This document shows positions 50,121-63,585 of a stretch of 64,000 nucleotides of DNA, in pieces. The DNA is taken from positions 44,702,001 through 44,766,000 of the forward strand of contig CM060733.1 in NCBI GenBank assembly GCA_030704615.1, read 5' to 3'. Under the pieces are notes generated by a model. That model saw nothing but the letters and a program-made list of their open reading frames with translations, had not been told where the DNA came from and ran no database searches. A program made the position numbers and the translations under genes. How positions within the stretch are numbered: position 1 is the first letter of the stretch; each line of letters opens with the position of its first letter. This stretch comes from Takakia lepidozioides. Its lineage: Eukaryota > Plantae > Bryophyta.

Positions 50121-51700
50121 TCACCTTGAGGCATGCCGATGTGCCTCATTCCAATACCGCCCAAGGCACAAGTGGTTGCCATCGCAGCCAGGGCAGTAAT
50201 GGTGAGTATGAACATGGCACATGACACACACTCGCCGTCGTGTGGTGTGAAGGCACTGATGCACAAACGTGCATTCTGCATCCCCCGTGGTGTCAATGTT
50301 GTCAGTGCAGCCCCTTATCAAACCATATGCCACAGCCAGATTAAATTGCAGATGGGTCATGGCCCGACGCCCCCTCCTTCTCTCCATTGCAAAATGCAAA
50401 ATATGCGCATTCACTAGCGTGGTATCCATAAGAAAAAAAAACAGACGATGCCACCACTTCTTTGTGCACAGCTGCAAGCTGTACACACCCTTAAGCTGGT
50501 CCTACACATTTACCCCTCGCATGTACGTTTGGTATTGCACGTATGCAGGCACGGATGGCACAGGCGAGTCTCTAGTTTCCCACAAAACGCATATGGTCAC
50601 AAGAGAGGAAGGGCTGCAAGCTGGCCTAGCTGCAGATGACAGTAAAAATACACCCTTCTTGTCCCACCACAACACAACAGCCACCTCCATGGACTCGTGC
50701 ATCCTATACCATGACTGCCCTTGCTTGGCAGTCTTGGATTTTTTCATTTTCAGCAAAGAGGGAGGGAGACCCTTTCTGTTCACTCTTACTGTGCCAGTGG
50801 CCCAAGTGCCAAGTTTGGCCATGTCATAGAGAAGTTTGGACCCCTGTAAAGTAATTATCAGTCACAATGACATGGCCCAAACCATGCAGCCCGTTGGTCA
50901 GCCAGGTGACCACATTGTAACCTTCTCCCTTCCCACTTTTCTGCCTCTGGCCATCTGGCCCTCCTACATTCTTACCAACGTACACTGAAATGTCATAGAC
51001 ATATGAAGTCTCCGAGTCAGCCAAGGCCCACACCTTGATGCCCCATTTGCATGGTTTCTTAGGCATATACATCCTAATTGGGGAGTACTTCCCTTGTAAC
51101 GGATCATCGCCTCGTCGACAGTCACCATTTTGTTCAGATTCCAGAGACTTTTACACCTATCCTTAATCTCATCACACGCCCACCTAAGCTTTCCAAGCTT
51201 ATCATAATTGTGACTCTTACGATCTGCCACCAACGTGGCGTTGTCAACAAGATGCAAACAGCGGAGTATGGCCTCACACCTATCTCGAGTCATCACTTTG
51301 CGGATGACAGGACAAGCAAAGAATGTCTCCGAGTGTTGCCAGTAAAATCGTGTTTGGGGCAACTTCTTCATGCGCATGAAGACACAGACTCCAATCCAAC
51401 CCCTAAGCTTAGGAACAATGAGCTCTTTCGACCGAGGCCCCCACGACTGCCTGTACCGAAAAGTTCAGCAGCATAACGATTGGACTCCCTACATATTCGC
51501 CCAAGCACTTGTCGCCTCCAAAACAAACCAAAAAACCAAATCGGATGTGAGCCCTTCATCTTAGGCAGGCAGGGACCAGGTTGAGGGCCAGAAAATGCAG
51601 CTCTATCACTCACAAAGTCAGAGCCTGCGTTGGTTTCCCACGTCTTCGCCTTGAACCTCTCCACAAAATCGGCTGAGATTTCCTCATCACACTCCATATC
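50121..51700 (-). pseudogene. piggyBac transposase (DDE_Tnp_1_7 type), frameshifted
   Basis: VTVDEAMIRYKG, YMPKKPCKWGIKVW, VTDNYFT, GTVRVNRKGLP, MRGV..DQ, KKWWHRLFFFLMD..LVNAHIL and a C-terminal Cys-rich domain. Confidence 0.92.
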
Positions 51701-51798
51701 AACCACCCCATTTTTCCAGCCTGCTTCTTCAGCCCATGTACCCCTCGCCACCCTCAAAGTGAGACAGAAAAACACCCTTCCACCGCACTTATGTTGGG

Positions 51799-53100
51799 TT
51801 AGTTAGGTGATGTCGGATTAGTCTGTGAGAGCCACCACGGTGCAGCTAAGCAGGTAGAGATTGAAACACGGGCAGCTAAGACCAAGCTGACTCTCCCAAG
51901 AACCTTGTAAACATAATCAGGAAGAATCATGGTACTAATCATGGTACTAACAATAGAAGTGAGACCATGATCTTGATTCAAAGAATCAAAGTAGTAACAT
52001 CCATCCACTAGGCCCACATGGCTACATGCAAATAGAAGAGATACGAACGTGATACTGTTGGGCTTCGAGCCTTCCTGTTGCATTCTTTCAAATAGTTGCA
52101 CACCCTCCCTACGACAGCTATGCAGGGCATTCTTCATGCCCCCGCATTTGGCATACATGTCCACAATGGCATTCTCCAAATTATTGTATGGGACAATTCC
52201 AGCTTTCATAACGTCAGCATGGACCTCTTTGTCTTTCTCCAGGGCTCTTAGGCTGTCACAAACATTGAGAACACATATGAACATGAACCTTCAAAGCTTC
52301 ACATTTGCTGCCCGTTCTGTAATCTCCAGATTCCCATGAATTCTGCAGGCACCAAGCAAAGTCCCCCACACTGTAGCATATCCTACGATCATTACACTCC
52401 TTGAGACCACATTTTGTCGAGCCATATTGTCAAACACTAAATGCGCATCCGTCATGTTCCCACATTTGGCATACATGTTTGCAAGGGCAGTTTCCAGGAC
52501 GATATTTGGCTCAGTTATGGCTTTGATAATATCAGCATGGAGCCCTTTTCCAGGTCTCAAGGCAGGCACATGCATTGTGAACGGAAGTGAATGTAACTTT
52601 GTTCGGTACCCACCCTTCCCATATCATTTGCTCATAGGTCTCCAAAGTGACCACACCCTTGGAGAGCATATCCTGCAATCATCGCACAATGAAACCACAT
52701 CTCGTCTAGCCACATTGTTGAAAACTCGACGGGCCTCCTTCATGCTCCCGCACTTGGCATACATGGCAGCAAAGGCAGTCTATGGAATGATATCTGGTGC
52801 AATTCCAGCTTTCATAATGTCAGTTTGGACTTGTTTTCTCTTTTCCAGGGCACCTATGTTGGCACATGCCTTGAGAGCAGAAACGAACGTGACCTTGGTG
52901 GGCGTCACCCCTTCACGTACCATTTGGTCAAAGGTCTCATAGTGTGTGTGCTTGTTGTGTCCATAGTCAGATAATGTCGGATTGGTTTGTGAGAACCACC
53001 ATAGTGCAGCTGAGCAGGCAGAGATTATGGGCTCCTAAGACCAAGCCGACTCTCCCAAGAACCTTGTAAACATAATCAGGAAGAATACCAAATTATGGTA
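51799..53100 (-). pseudogene. Rearranged PLS-class PPR / E-domain fragments
   Basis: MYAKCG occurs three times, plus TFVSLLFACSHVGLVD and VWGTLLGACRIHGNLE. 51805-51930 is duplicated at 52970-53090. Confidence 0.85.
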
Positions 53101-53151
53101 CTAAGAGCCCACATTTGTAGGATGGACAAGCTTCTTCACATCGTACATTAA

Positions 53152-53965
53152 CCCTTAAGTTCCCAAGCCATTTTTTGATTTTTTATCAATTTCGGGTATC
53201 CAGCTGCAGTAAATTGCCCCTAGAAATCCACCAAAAATCATCCCGAGATTCTAGGCTTATAGCAGTGGGTCCAGCTCATTTATGCATGACATACCAAAAA
53301 ATGAGCCAAGTCCACCGTGGAAATTGTGAGATTATAACGGTGGCCCGGACCTCAAATATTAGGTCCCAAAGAAAAACTGAAAAGGAAATTGGTTTGACCA
53401 AATCAAAACCTAGCTTTATCCAATTTTGCTTGCCCTAAGACCCACCATTTCCAAATCAATAGTGGAGTGGCTATGACCCCACTAAATTGTAGGTCCAACT
53501 GATTTTTTCACCTATGGTTGCTTTGCATGCAATTACATAGGGGTTGAAATCTCAAAATTGACAAGAGAAAATGTGCTTCCAAATGAAGTACTTTTTTTTC
53601 TACAAATTTTTTAAAAGCCAATGGTGGATGTGTGTATGTAATGCTCACACACCACAAGGTGAAGTGCTTTTTCCAAAATTGCTAAATTTCTGCCTAAAAT
53701 GGCCTTTGGAGTGCAATATGTTTTGGCCTTGTTTACCTGCCACGTCAGCGGTTAACAAGCCATTTTTAGGTAAATGAGAGATCTAAGATATTTTTTTGTA
53801 GGTTGTAGCTTTTGTTTTTTTTTAATTTTGTTTTTTGCATCATACTCCAGACAAATCCCTTGTCATTAAAGCTTCGGACTGGGCCCCATGAGATTAGATC
53901 TGCAAAAATTAGGTCGAACTGCAAATTCAAAGTGACCCGAATCAGCTCGCTTGGGAACTTAAGGG
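53152..53965. mobile_element. piggyBac-type MITE (814 bp)
   Basis: Perfect 17-bp TIR CCCTTAAGTTCCCAAGC, with TTAA at 53148-53151 and 53966-53969. Confidence 0.93.
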
Positions 53966-54417
53966 TTAAGAAAAAGCCGCACCTTTCGATTGCGGTTGTC
54001 CCACCATCATGTACAAGAGCTCCTGTGCTGTACTCATAATCTGCAAACTGCGATCAGCCTGTGAAAGTTCAAGAAGATGAAGAATTGGGCAATCTGGGCA
54101 GCTCCGAATAACTTGGCGTTTTTCCTGGCTGGAAACCCGGGCAGGTTCCAAAAACATTGACGACGATGACGTGGCTACGATGACGTGGCACTTGTTGAAC
54201 ATTTGCCTGGTGCTCCGATTCCTGCCACCGCTTACCAAGGAGCCTTTTTCTGTGGATCAGCTCCACCTTTAACTTACGTTGTCCATAAGGAGCTCAGCTT
54301 CCACCGACCGCCGACCTTCTCGTGGGAGATGAAGAGATTGAATCAAGCCAGTGGAATAGAAGGCGAGATGAGAGCAAGTTGCAGGAGCTGTATTGAGCGC
54401 GTGCTATAACATTGAGA

Positions 54418-56696
54418 ATGGAGACATCCAGAAAAGAGCACAAGAAGAAGAAAAAAGGGGGACGATGGACATGATTCCTTCAAAGGAGGGCCATGCTCGG
54501 CCTTTCGTGGCCTATTTTTCTACGGGGTTTGATCCTGTAGGAAATACTGAAGAGGATGGTGAGGGCGCGCCTTTGGCAGAGATCAAAGCGTATCAACCCA
54601 CCGAGAAATTCAAGTCGAAGCAGCACCAATTGGTGGCAACCACATAGGGCGGGCAGGTTGATTTTGTGGGCTGCAACTATTCGGGAGAGGCTGCAGCTTG
54701 GCAGCCTTGCAGCTACGCGCTCGGAGTATTCAACAAGGAGAAGGGCACCTTAAAGCTAGTCCCTCTAGCAGGAGAAAAGGTACCTATCTTTACAGTTTGA
54801 TAGTGTTAGAATGTACTCGTAAAGACAGTCTGAGAGAGAGAGAGAGAGAGGGACAGAGTATACCTATTCATCGACCCTTCCCTGCGCACTTCGTTAACAA
54901 CCACTTGCCTTGAGGACATAGTTTCCGCAGCAGCAACCACCGATTGTGTGCCTCAAATAAACAGGGTGTGGAAACCCAGGGTAGAGTTGACATAGCCGCT
55001 TGTGAAGGAAATGAGTGTTTTCTATAGACATCGTGCATGACCGCCAGCTGGGCCACATATGTAACAGCATAGATGTACTCATTAGTTGTGAGTGTTTCTT
55101 TATGAGGCATTTCGAGTGAGGATACAGCTGTAACTGCTTGGTGGTCTAGATTTTCAGGATGGAGCCTAGAGTCAGAGAGGTGGACTATGGGCAAGGTTTT
55201 TCAGGAGATGGGGCTGTGAAGGCAGAGGCCCAGACACCAGAGATGGGTCTGCTGGAAAGGAAGATACTGACAGAAACTTTTGGCAGCCAGAAGAGTCGCA
55301 TGCGGGTGGGTTTTACATACTCTCCATAGTTGGAGGTGAAGTAGAGCACTAGTGCATTATTCAGCAATATACTAAAGCACAAGGTCAAAAGGGAAAGCAG
55401 CAGAGAATACAGTTTGAGATATAGGATACTGCTCGAACACTGCTAGTCACTGTGGTTAGAAGGGGAGGAAAGAGAGAGAGAGCGAAAGAAAAGGCTGGAG
55501 GGTACCTGGGTAGGGTTCGCTCAGGGCTTGTGCTTTTAGGGCTGAGGTATATTAAGAAGATTGAGATTTCGTGACGCACCCTTGGTGCAGGCTTAACGGA
55601 TTGAAAGAGGATTGGTGAAGACAGAAGCATTGGGCAATGCTCGGGAGATGGAGAGCTTATTCCAGGAAGTAGGCAAGAATGAAGCACTGCTGTCTCATCA
55701 GGAAGCCGTTGAGCAGGCCAACCTTGCAGTGGTGCGCAACGTGCCACCCTATGACCTCTCAGCATCCACACCAGAAGGAGCTTATCCATTGGACAAACTC
55801 ATAACACAGGAAGAATGGCAGAGCCTGGACGTGGAAGAGCTCAAGGCAGCTGCCAAGAAGGCGAAAGATGAGGATGCTCTACGCCAGAAGAGGGCATACC
55901 CCAACTTTGTACTCAGTCGCCTTCAGAGATTGAGAGTCGAGGTGTGTTTTTATCAGATATTCTCTTCTAAACCTTGCCTCGATGTCCTACAAAGCTGACA
56001 TGGCTATGCAAGGAAGTCTGTCAGCAGGAATTGTAAAGCCAGCAACCATATCCAATCTGTGAGTGTCAGTTCAGAATTAGGTAGTGGCAAGATGAATTTG
56101 AGGTGAAATTTTTGACCCCCGTCAGCTCGATTCAATTATAGAGCTGTACCATGGTTGGTGCAGGGGGACAAGGAAGGGAATGACAGGCGGGCACGGATCC
56201 TGGTGTACCTTAGGCATCTTCTTGCTTTCACAATGCTCCCGACTTTGTTGTGACAAGGGCATTAAATCCTTTGGGGAACCTGGGACTACCAGAGCAAGCC
56301 AAGACTGTGGATCTTACGCAAGAGCTGGGCATCCCTGGTGTTGTGGTTGCCACGTTTCTGAAACAATTCACAGGAGAAGGCACATTTGGTATGACAGACA
56401 AGCCAGGAGGTTGTCACAGAGCAAAGCAACACAAAGAGCTGCTTATAAGCTATGCACTGGTGCTGGGACTGGCTGTGGATGACTTCCAGGCTGATCCCTA
56501 TGACCTAGCAATTGAGTTGAAGTGCACAGTTTCGCAGCTACGGCCTCACTATAAACAGCTGGGTTGTCAGATTGAGGTCAGTAAGAGTGGGGACAAGGTA
56601 GTAGATCCAAGGAGTGCTCAGGGAAAATGGAAAGTCGGACTCACCGTGCCTCTACAGTTTCCCAGTATTTCTAGGCGTAGAGGCCGTGGGCGCTAA
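54418..56696 (+). pseudogene. RPA49: RNA polymerase I A49-like subunit, intron-containing, disrupted
   Basis: PFVAYFSTGFDP, VDFVG.NYSGEA, YALGVFNKEKGTLKLVPL, IFRMEPRV, TFGSQKS, VPPYD.SASTPEGAYPLDKLI, YKQLGC and LTVPLQFP. In-frame stops near 54645 and 55594 plus frameshifts. Confidence 0.85.
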
Positions 56697-58569
56697 CAGA
56701 ATGCAGTGCAACTCTCACCTAGCAGAAGAGAGAAGCTCTGAAAGAGCAAATGTGAGCAGTGCAGATGGATATCTCTCCTTCCATTAATCATAGCAAATGA
56801 CATCCTTAGGCCCTGGCCGCACCGGGCTGCTAGCGTAGAACGCCTGCTAACGGCTTAGCAGGCCTGTTTTTGTAACTGCTGCACCAACTAACAATCCCTG
56901 CCGCACCAAAGTTTTACCTTAACGTGTTTTAGTGCAGTCAGTTTAAAACACGTGTTCGCCTGCCCCTGCCCGACTTCCTCTCGCCATTTTCCCTTGCCTC
57001 CTTCCTTTATGCGATAGCCAAAGGAGCAACGACGAGAAAAAAGGCCAGGAACACATTCGAGCTGCTTCATCATATGTTTTGCAAGGGATTTTCAAACGGG
57101 AATTCACACACAAATTTTCTCTTTGATCGTTAGAGGAGAATGTGTGGCACTGTGCATAGTGGTCTTGTTTGTGTGGAGCTTTTCCCAGGCAGTGATGGGC
57201 AAATATTCACATTTGCAACACAGATTTTGATATTGGAATCTTTGTGTGAGTACACAACCCTTTATTTGCATCAAGATTCACTAAGTAGTCCCTGTGCTCC
57301 ACTGGGTTGACTGGTGTTGTGAGTCCATTCTCATTTTGCGGAGCTGCAGTATAGCCAAGTAAAAGTTGGAGTGTTGGAATACACAGACATTTGTCATAGA
57401 CACAAGTCATTTGTTCTGGAGAACTAGGGAAGGCTTGCCTGCTGAGTGCCTCATGACCAAGCAATGGGGGTCAAACGCATACACAAAAAATTAATAGCTG
57501 ACATGGTTTTCCCCCATACCTACAAATGCAAAGTTATGTTTCCTGACGTGGCCTTGCACTAGCAAAGTTAGAAAGCTTGTAAAATTTGCTTCTGGGCAGG
57601 TCTTGTTTGGTCCCTTGAGTCCTAATGATGTACCTCCTGCTGAGCTCTAATACTGTACTTGGTAACCCAACCTTGAACTCCAACATGCACAAACTGATGT
57701 CATGGTGAGGGAGTCTTGCGAATCCAATGCAATGCAGAATCAAGCAATAACAGAATACCCCAATACAATCATTATGCAAACTAACTTGACTGCCATGGGA
57801 TTAGATCTTGGTGAGATAACGCTAGCTTTGACAACATTCATTAGAGTCAAGGGCTCTCTTTGAAGCGGTACCATGGGAAAACAAACATGTCCAAATTTGA
57901 GAAACTTGTGCACACCGAAGCTCAAAGAACATGCTCATTCAAAATTGTATTCACTTTCACCTTCAAACTTCGAAGAAACCCCACCATCCACACCTCAATC
58001 AGAACAGCACTCTCAGTTCCTACCTCTATCACCAGAGTCAGTCAGAATTCCCCCTTCACTAGTTATCTGCCTCAAGTGGTTCTTCCCCTTCTTGAAAGGG
58101 CACATCTATGATTGACCCCCTGATTGCAGTAATTATCTCCGTTGTTACTGAGAAATATCCTGTTAGGTTCTGTACAATAGTACAACCATACAGGCACTCT
58201 GGTGCTCAGTGACTGGTACAAATTGGATTAACTCTGAAGTGAACTTACTGCATAATGCCAAGCACATCCAGCAGAATACAATAGCTTGATGGATTCTAGT
58301 GCTGCACATGAAGAGCTTTCACTCTTGCTGTGGATCCATGTCTTGCTATACATTGTGAATTATAGTTCCGTTGGGGACCTGCATCTAATTGATACTAAAC
58401 TTCAGCATGCAAAGGTAGGGATGACATAGAATCAGCAGAGTCTTAGGTCTCATGAAACTTTTCAAGTGTGTGGTTATAGGTTTCAGGCTTCAGACATTGA
58501 AGTGCTCTCTCAAAGCCACCAATCAAACAGCTCATAGGCTACATGACCAACACGGGTGCAGGCTGAAGG

Positions 58570-60690
58570 CTTCGGCAACCTATCATCAAATGCTACACAA
58601 AGGCTCCTGGAGAAATAAATCTGGGGAGATTTGCTTGGTGGCATGCCATGCTGGTGCAAAAAACAGTGATATGAGTGGTGATTGGGATATCAAAGTCTGC
58701 CTCCACACTCGAGAGGCTCTCTCCCTCAAGCAGCACAGCATTGTGGATGGCACCATTCCCAGCATCTGGCCTCTCAACCACCCTAGTTCATTCAACCCTC
58801 TCTCCTTCCACATGTCTCTTCACAACCAGGATGCTCCAGCCAGTGTCCAAAAACAGCTTCAGTACAAGTAGGACAACATCAGGGAGGCAGGTGCAGTGAT
58901 GGAAAGGTATGAACCTAACCTCGTTCGATCCAGAATCCGGGCCAGATTGTTCTGTTACCCTTCTCTCCATGGACTTATGATTACAGCATCTTAAGCAGAG
59001 ATCTTTCAGTTGAGTCACTCCTGCTTCCACAGCAAAAGCAGCAGTCCAGGTTGGATTATCTGAGCTTTAGTGATTGCACTTTGGACGCTGCTCTAGGACA
59101 ATGCATATTCCTTAGATGATGGGCTTGACTGTTCCCTTTAAATTGTTCTAGAATATCCATCAATAATTGCTAGGTGGCTGACAAGACCAACTGTGAAGAT
59201 AGGCATCACCAGCCGGCGGATTGTGGACGAACCTTTCTACTTCAAACCGTTGAATCTGGAGACTCTTGCAGTGGGAGGCTCGTGGAGAAATGAATCTGGG
59301 CAGATATGTATGGTGGCATGCCATGCTGGTGCAAAGAACAGCAATATGAGTGGTGATTGTGATATCAAAATCTGCCTCCACACTCGTGAGGCCCTCTCTC
59401 TCAAGCAGCGCAGCATTGTGGAAGGCACCATTTCCAGCATCTCGACTCTCAACCACTTGTTCATTCAACCCTCTCTCCTTCCACATGTCTCGAGCCACAA
59501 CCAGGATGTCCCAGCCAGTGTCCAAAAACAGCTTCAGTATAAGTACGACAACATCAAGGAGGCAGGTGCATTGATGGAAAGGTATCAAACAGGGGCGCTA
59601 GCCCTCTTTATGCAGTGGATCTCTTTGAGTGCGCAGCATGCCATGATGACTCTGCAACCTGCTGCAGCGGTGCTTAGTGTCCAGCCTGTTGCAAATGCAC
59701 ATGCAAGAGGATGTTTAGCTAATGCGGTTAATCGTGCGACAGATGCAGAGCCAGCAGATGGTCTGCATAATCCCAAGGATGGGAAATGTACATGAAGGGC
59801 TGTCGACCAGTAGATGCCAATTGGACGCTGCTCCAGGACAATGCAGATTCCTTAGATGATGGGCTTGAGCCCTCAGCAAGAAATAAGAATGCAGGAGGTT
59901 TGAAGAACAGTAGTTTTAATGTCTTAGGTGTACTTCAGCTGGCAATTACATCCCAGAGAAGCATCTTCTATGGAGGGGGCATTCACCCCCGCTTTGAGAT
60001 GACCCCTGGTCTCTCGCACATGAGCATCGAGTAGGAGGGCGTCTCTATAGAAATAGAGAAGGAGTGTACGCTCTGTATGCTTGGCTGTACCCTGTTCCCA
60101 GTAAAACAGGTAAATTTTTTGACTAAGGAACCTGCTCTCCATGGGCCAGATGACTGCAGCATCTTAAGCAGAGATCCTTCAGTGGATTCACTCTTGCTTC
60201 CACAGCAGAAGCAGCAGTCCAGGTTGGATTATCTGAGCCTTAGTATGATCGCACCTGTGGACCACATGACAATAAACTGGAGGGAGGAGTGCAATTTTAC
60301 CCTACCTCCAGAGGGACAATGGATGCTGTCGTTAAAATCAAATCCTCGCTCAAGTGCATGCCGCCCCAGCAAGCAACCAGAATATTTCAAAGTGGGAGCT
60401 CGCTTGAAAATTACACCGGCTGGGTCTTCTGTTGTAAATCTGCTCGTGTATTTTGCAGATTGTCTGTATAATCGCAAGGATGGGAAAATGTACATGCAAG
60501 GCTCTCGACCGGTAGATGCCAATTGCGCTACTCCAGGACAGTGCAAATTCCTCAGACAATGGGCTTGGCTGTTCCCTTGAAACTGCTTTGGAGCACCCGT
60601 CAACAGCTGCTAGGTGGCTGACAAGACCAACTGGGACGATAGACATTACCAACCGGCGGAATGTGGACTGGCCGACCTTGTCTGGTGAGA
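58570..60690 (+). pseudogene. Scrambled, duplicated DUF2921-family gene fragments
   Basis: SGQICMVAC..CDIKICL...SLKQRSIVEGTISSI occurs twice; also LCMLGC, CLYN.KDGKMYM.G.R and STAARWLTRPT. Confidence 0.7.
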
Positions 60691-61922
60691 GTAACAACAC
60701 TAAATATCACCTGTGCTGAGCACAACCTCTCCGATAAGCGGAGACAAACTAACTACTCGATGACCACTTTCAGCATTACCCTTCTCCAGTGGTGCTTGAT
60801 CAAGCCCCCCTACTTTGGAAATTTCTCCTCTTACTGTAATAGGCGGCCATGGCGACCCAGGTTTTTGCGCCGCCAAGGCCGCCGTTGGTGCTGTGCTTCC
60901 CCGCTTACAACATGCGGGCAACTCTCACCGCTAGAACCCAGCTGCAACAAGAAATCTCTTAGTGACGGATTCAACCCTCTCTTCACCGAATGCGGGAAAA
61001 TGTAATGGAGTGGATAGTGGCTGACATGTAGCTATCCCTGTGCAAACCTGCTTACACGCCTACCTCCTCCCCCCCCCAAGCGCAACCATGAGCTATGCAC
61101 CAGCTCCGAAGCTGCCAATTCAACCACTTTGGAGTCCATACATATAAGACAACAGATGAGACTCTGTCTCTGCCCGCATCTACCCCAACGATCTTTGATT
61201 CGCAGGGAACCCTACTATCGTCTCTCATATTTATGGGTGTTGTCAGGATTCAAACGAGTCATAGTCTATAATTGCAACGAGAGTGGTTAGATATACTTGC
61301 CGATCAGCTTTGGGATCAGATCGATGAGTTTTGGATGAGGAGCAGATTTGTGTGTTCATTGACTTCGCAGACGCTGATTTTTCGACACAATTTTGCCAAC
61401 ACAATTACTGCATGCAGCTCCTCAAGTCCAACAAAGCTACGTTTCTGTTTTGTTCAGATGTCTCCCGGGGTATGGAGACAGTAGCAAGCGGAGCTCTGCA
61501 GCAAAGGAAGAGTTTGGAAGTTTCAGAGGTGGTAATAATACCCTTCCCCTTGTGAGGGAAGTCCATCCTACGACAAAATTATCCCATATCGATTGTCGGG
61601 AGCAAGGAAGAAGAAGGTCTTGGAGTCTGACGAGCGTGGACACGAGAAGTGCGATGAGCGGCGTCGTCGCCAGACCTCGGCAAGGCCTGCAGCACCGCCA
61701 ACTTAGTGGAGGTGTTGGCAGTAGCGACAGCGGTAGCAGCGCTAACCGAGCAAGCGGCCGCTGTGCAACAGTGGGCCCCACGCCGGTCAGGCTGCCTCGA
61801 TCGGCTCGTCCCCAGCTCGTTCAGCCCCGACGCCGTACAGGCAGCCAACTCCAGCCCTCACCACAACCCCTTTGCTGCCTACTCCACCATCCCTAGCAGT
61901 TCGCTCCCCATAGCAACGAGAG

Positions 61923-63569
61923 GTGCTGAACACAGCCGCAACTGCTCCTACTGGAAGACTTGCTCCTCTTGGAAGACCCCAACGCCAACGTACCCCTACT
62001 AGCTCACATGTTCCTGATGCGCACCAGAGTCTAAGCTCCAGACACCAAGTTCAAGAAGAGTCGTCATCTTCACAACGATCTTCTCCACCGCTGATTCCAG
62101 GTTCTTCCATTGGCACCCCACCGATCGAAGAACTCCCACAGTGTCTGTTGAGCCCTCCCCCGCTGCGCCTCTCAGGTAGGGTTCGAGGTCCCACGCCAGT
62201 CACTTCTCCTCCAGGTTTTCCATCCCATTCTCGGCAGCGGCTTCAAGGCAGCCCAACTCCTCTTGATCATGAGCCTCTCCATGTGCCTTCTTCTCCAGTT
62301 GTGCAGCCTGCATTGCCGACCCCATCACTCTTACCCCAACAGCAGGCGCCTCTCCCATCAGACTGTACCCCATGCCCAGCTTGCGGTCGTCTTTTTGCGC
62401 GCATTAGAGGGCTTGCGCAACACCAGCGCACGTGTGCGGCTCTTCATCAGTCCCACACAAATGGTACTTCTCCATTTCAGCCCAGTGTCTTGCACGCGCC
62501 ACCTCCTGCCTCTGCTTGGCATTGGCTTTCAGCGCTAGATGTTCTGGGCGCATTTCAGCTAGGACTGCCAAGGCCTCGTCTTTATACAAGAATTCCGGTG
62601 GCACTACGTCATGAGGTTCACCTGGCACTCCGTCTACCCTTAGACATGCTGGCTCGTGATCCTAATGATATACCAGCATGATATCTTTTCTTGTTATTTC
62701 CTCAATGGTGTTTGGTTTTGCCCCCTCGTGGCGGTCAGTCAGGGCACAGAGAGACGCGCCTCCGTCTTCGCCGTTTTTTATCTGGAGATTGGAATAGTCT
62801 GCAAGATGGGCATCAATTACGGGCACTAGCCCTTGCGGCATGCGCCCCTCCCGCTTCCTCCACGCAGCCACCCTCATCGGCCTACAGGCGACTTCGTCAT
62901 AGTCTCATGTTAGGCCGCGTTGGCGAGTACTCACGTGCGGCCAAGGCTTTAGCATCTTTCTCGCCAGCGCCTCCATCACCGGATACTGTCACTGCCCTCG
63001 AAGCCCTTCACCCATCAGCTCAGGATATTCTGTCGCTTTTTGTTGAGGACTTCGAGCCAGACCAGGATCTTAAGCTAGATCGGAAGGTCTTCACTCAGGC
63101 CTTCACGCGCAGTCCCCATCTTGCAGCGGCAGGTCCTTCCGGTCTCTTGTATGAGCACTTACGTGACTGTTTCTCTCCATATGACTCTGCTAGTGGCTTC
63201 TCTCAGCTATTTCAGATTTGCTCCTTTATTGCTGCTGGCCGTATCCCTGCCCCAGTGGCCCGTCTCCTTGGGATCTTCAAATTGTTGGCTATGAGCAAAC
63301 CCTCAGCTACTGGCATCCGACCTATCGCAGTTGGAGAGGTTCTTTACCGCATTGTCAGCCGCTCACCTTGTCTTCAGTTTCGAGATGTCTTCTCCGGACA
63401 TCTCTTTCCGCACCAGTTCGGGGTCGCCACTCCAGGCGGTTGCGAGGCGGTGGTTCAGGGGATTCGTGCAGCTCTTGATCTTCATCTGGATTGGGTGGTT
63501 CTCCAGGTCGACGTCACCAACGCTTTCAACACTGTGTCACGAGTGGCTATCTTTCAGGAGCTCCGTTAG
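61923..63569 (+). mobile_element. CRE/R2-group non-LTR retrotransposon, zinc finger and RT N-terminus, 3' truncated
   Basis: CPACGRLF..GLAQHQRTC, AAGPSGL..EHL, IRPIAVGE..R, QFGVATPGGCE and VDVTNAFNTVSR. One in-frame TGA at 62679. Confidence 0.85.
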
Positions 63570-63585
63570 AGAAATCAAACAATAA

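Noticed and set aside
49461-50129. Gly/Val-rich and Pro/His-rich ORFs
   Set aside because: C/A-skewed low-complexity sequence downstream of the piggyBac transposase.
54640-55600. U-to-C RNA editing rescuing the stop codons in RPA49
   Set aside because: Such editing is organellar, and the gene also has frameshifts.
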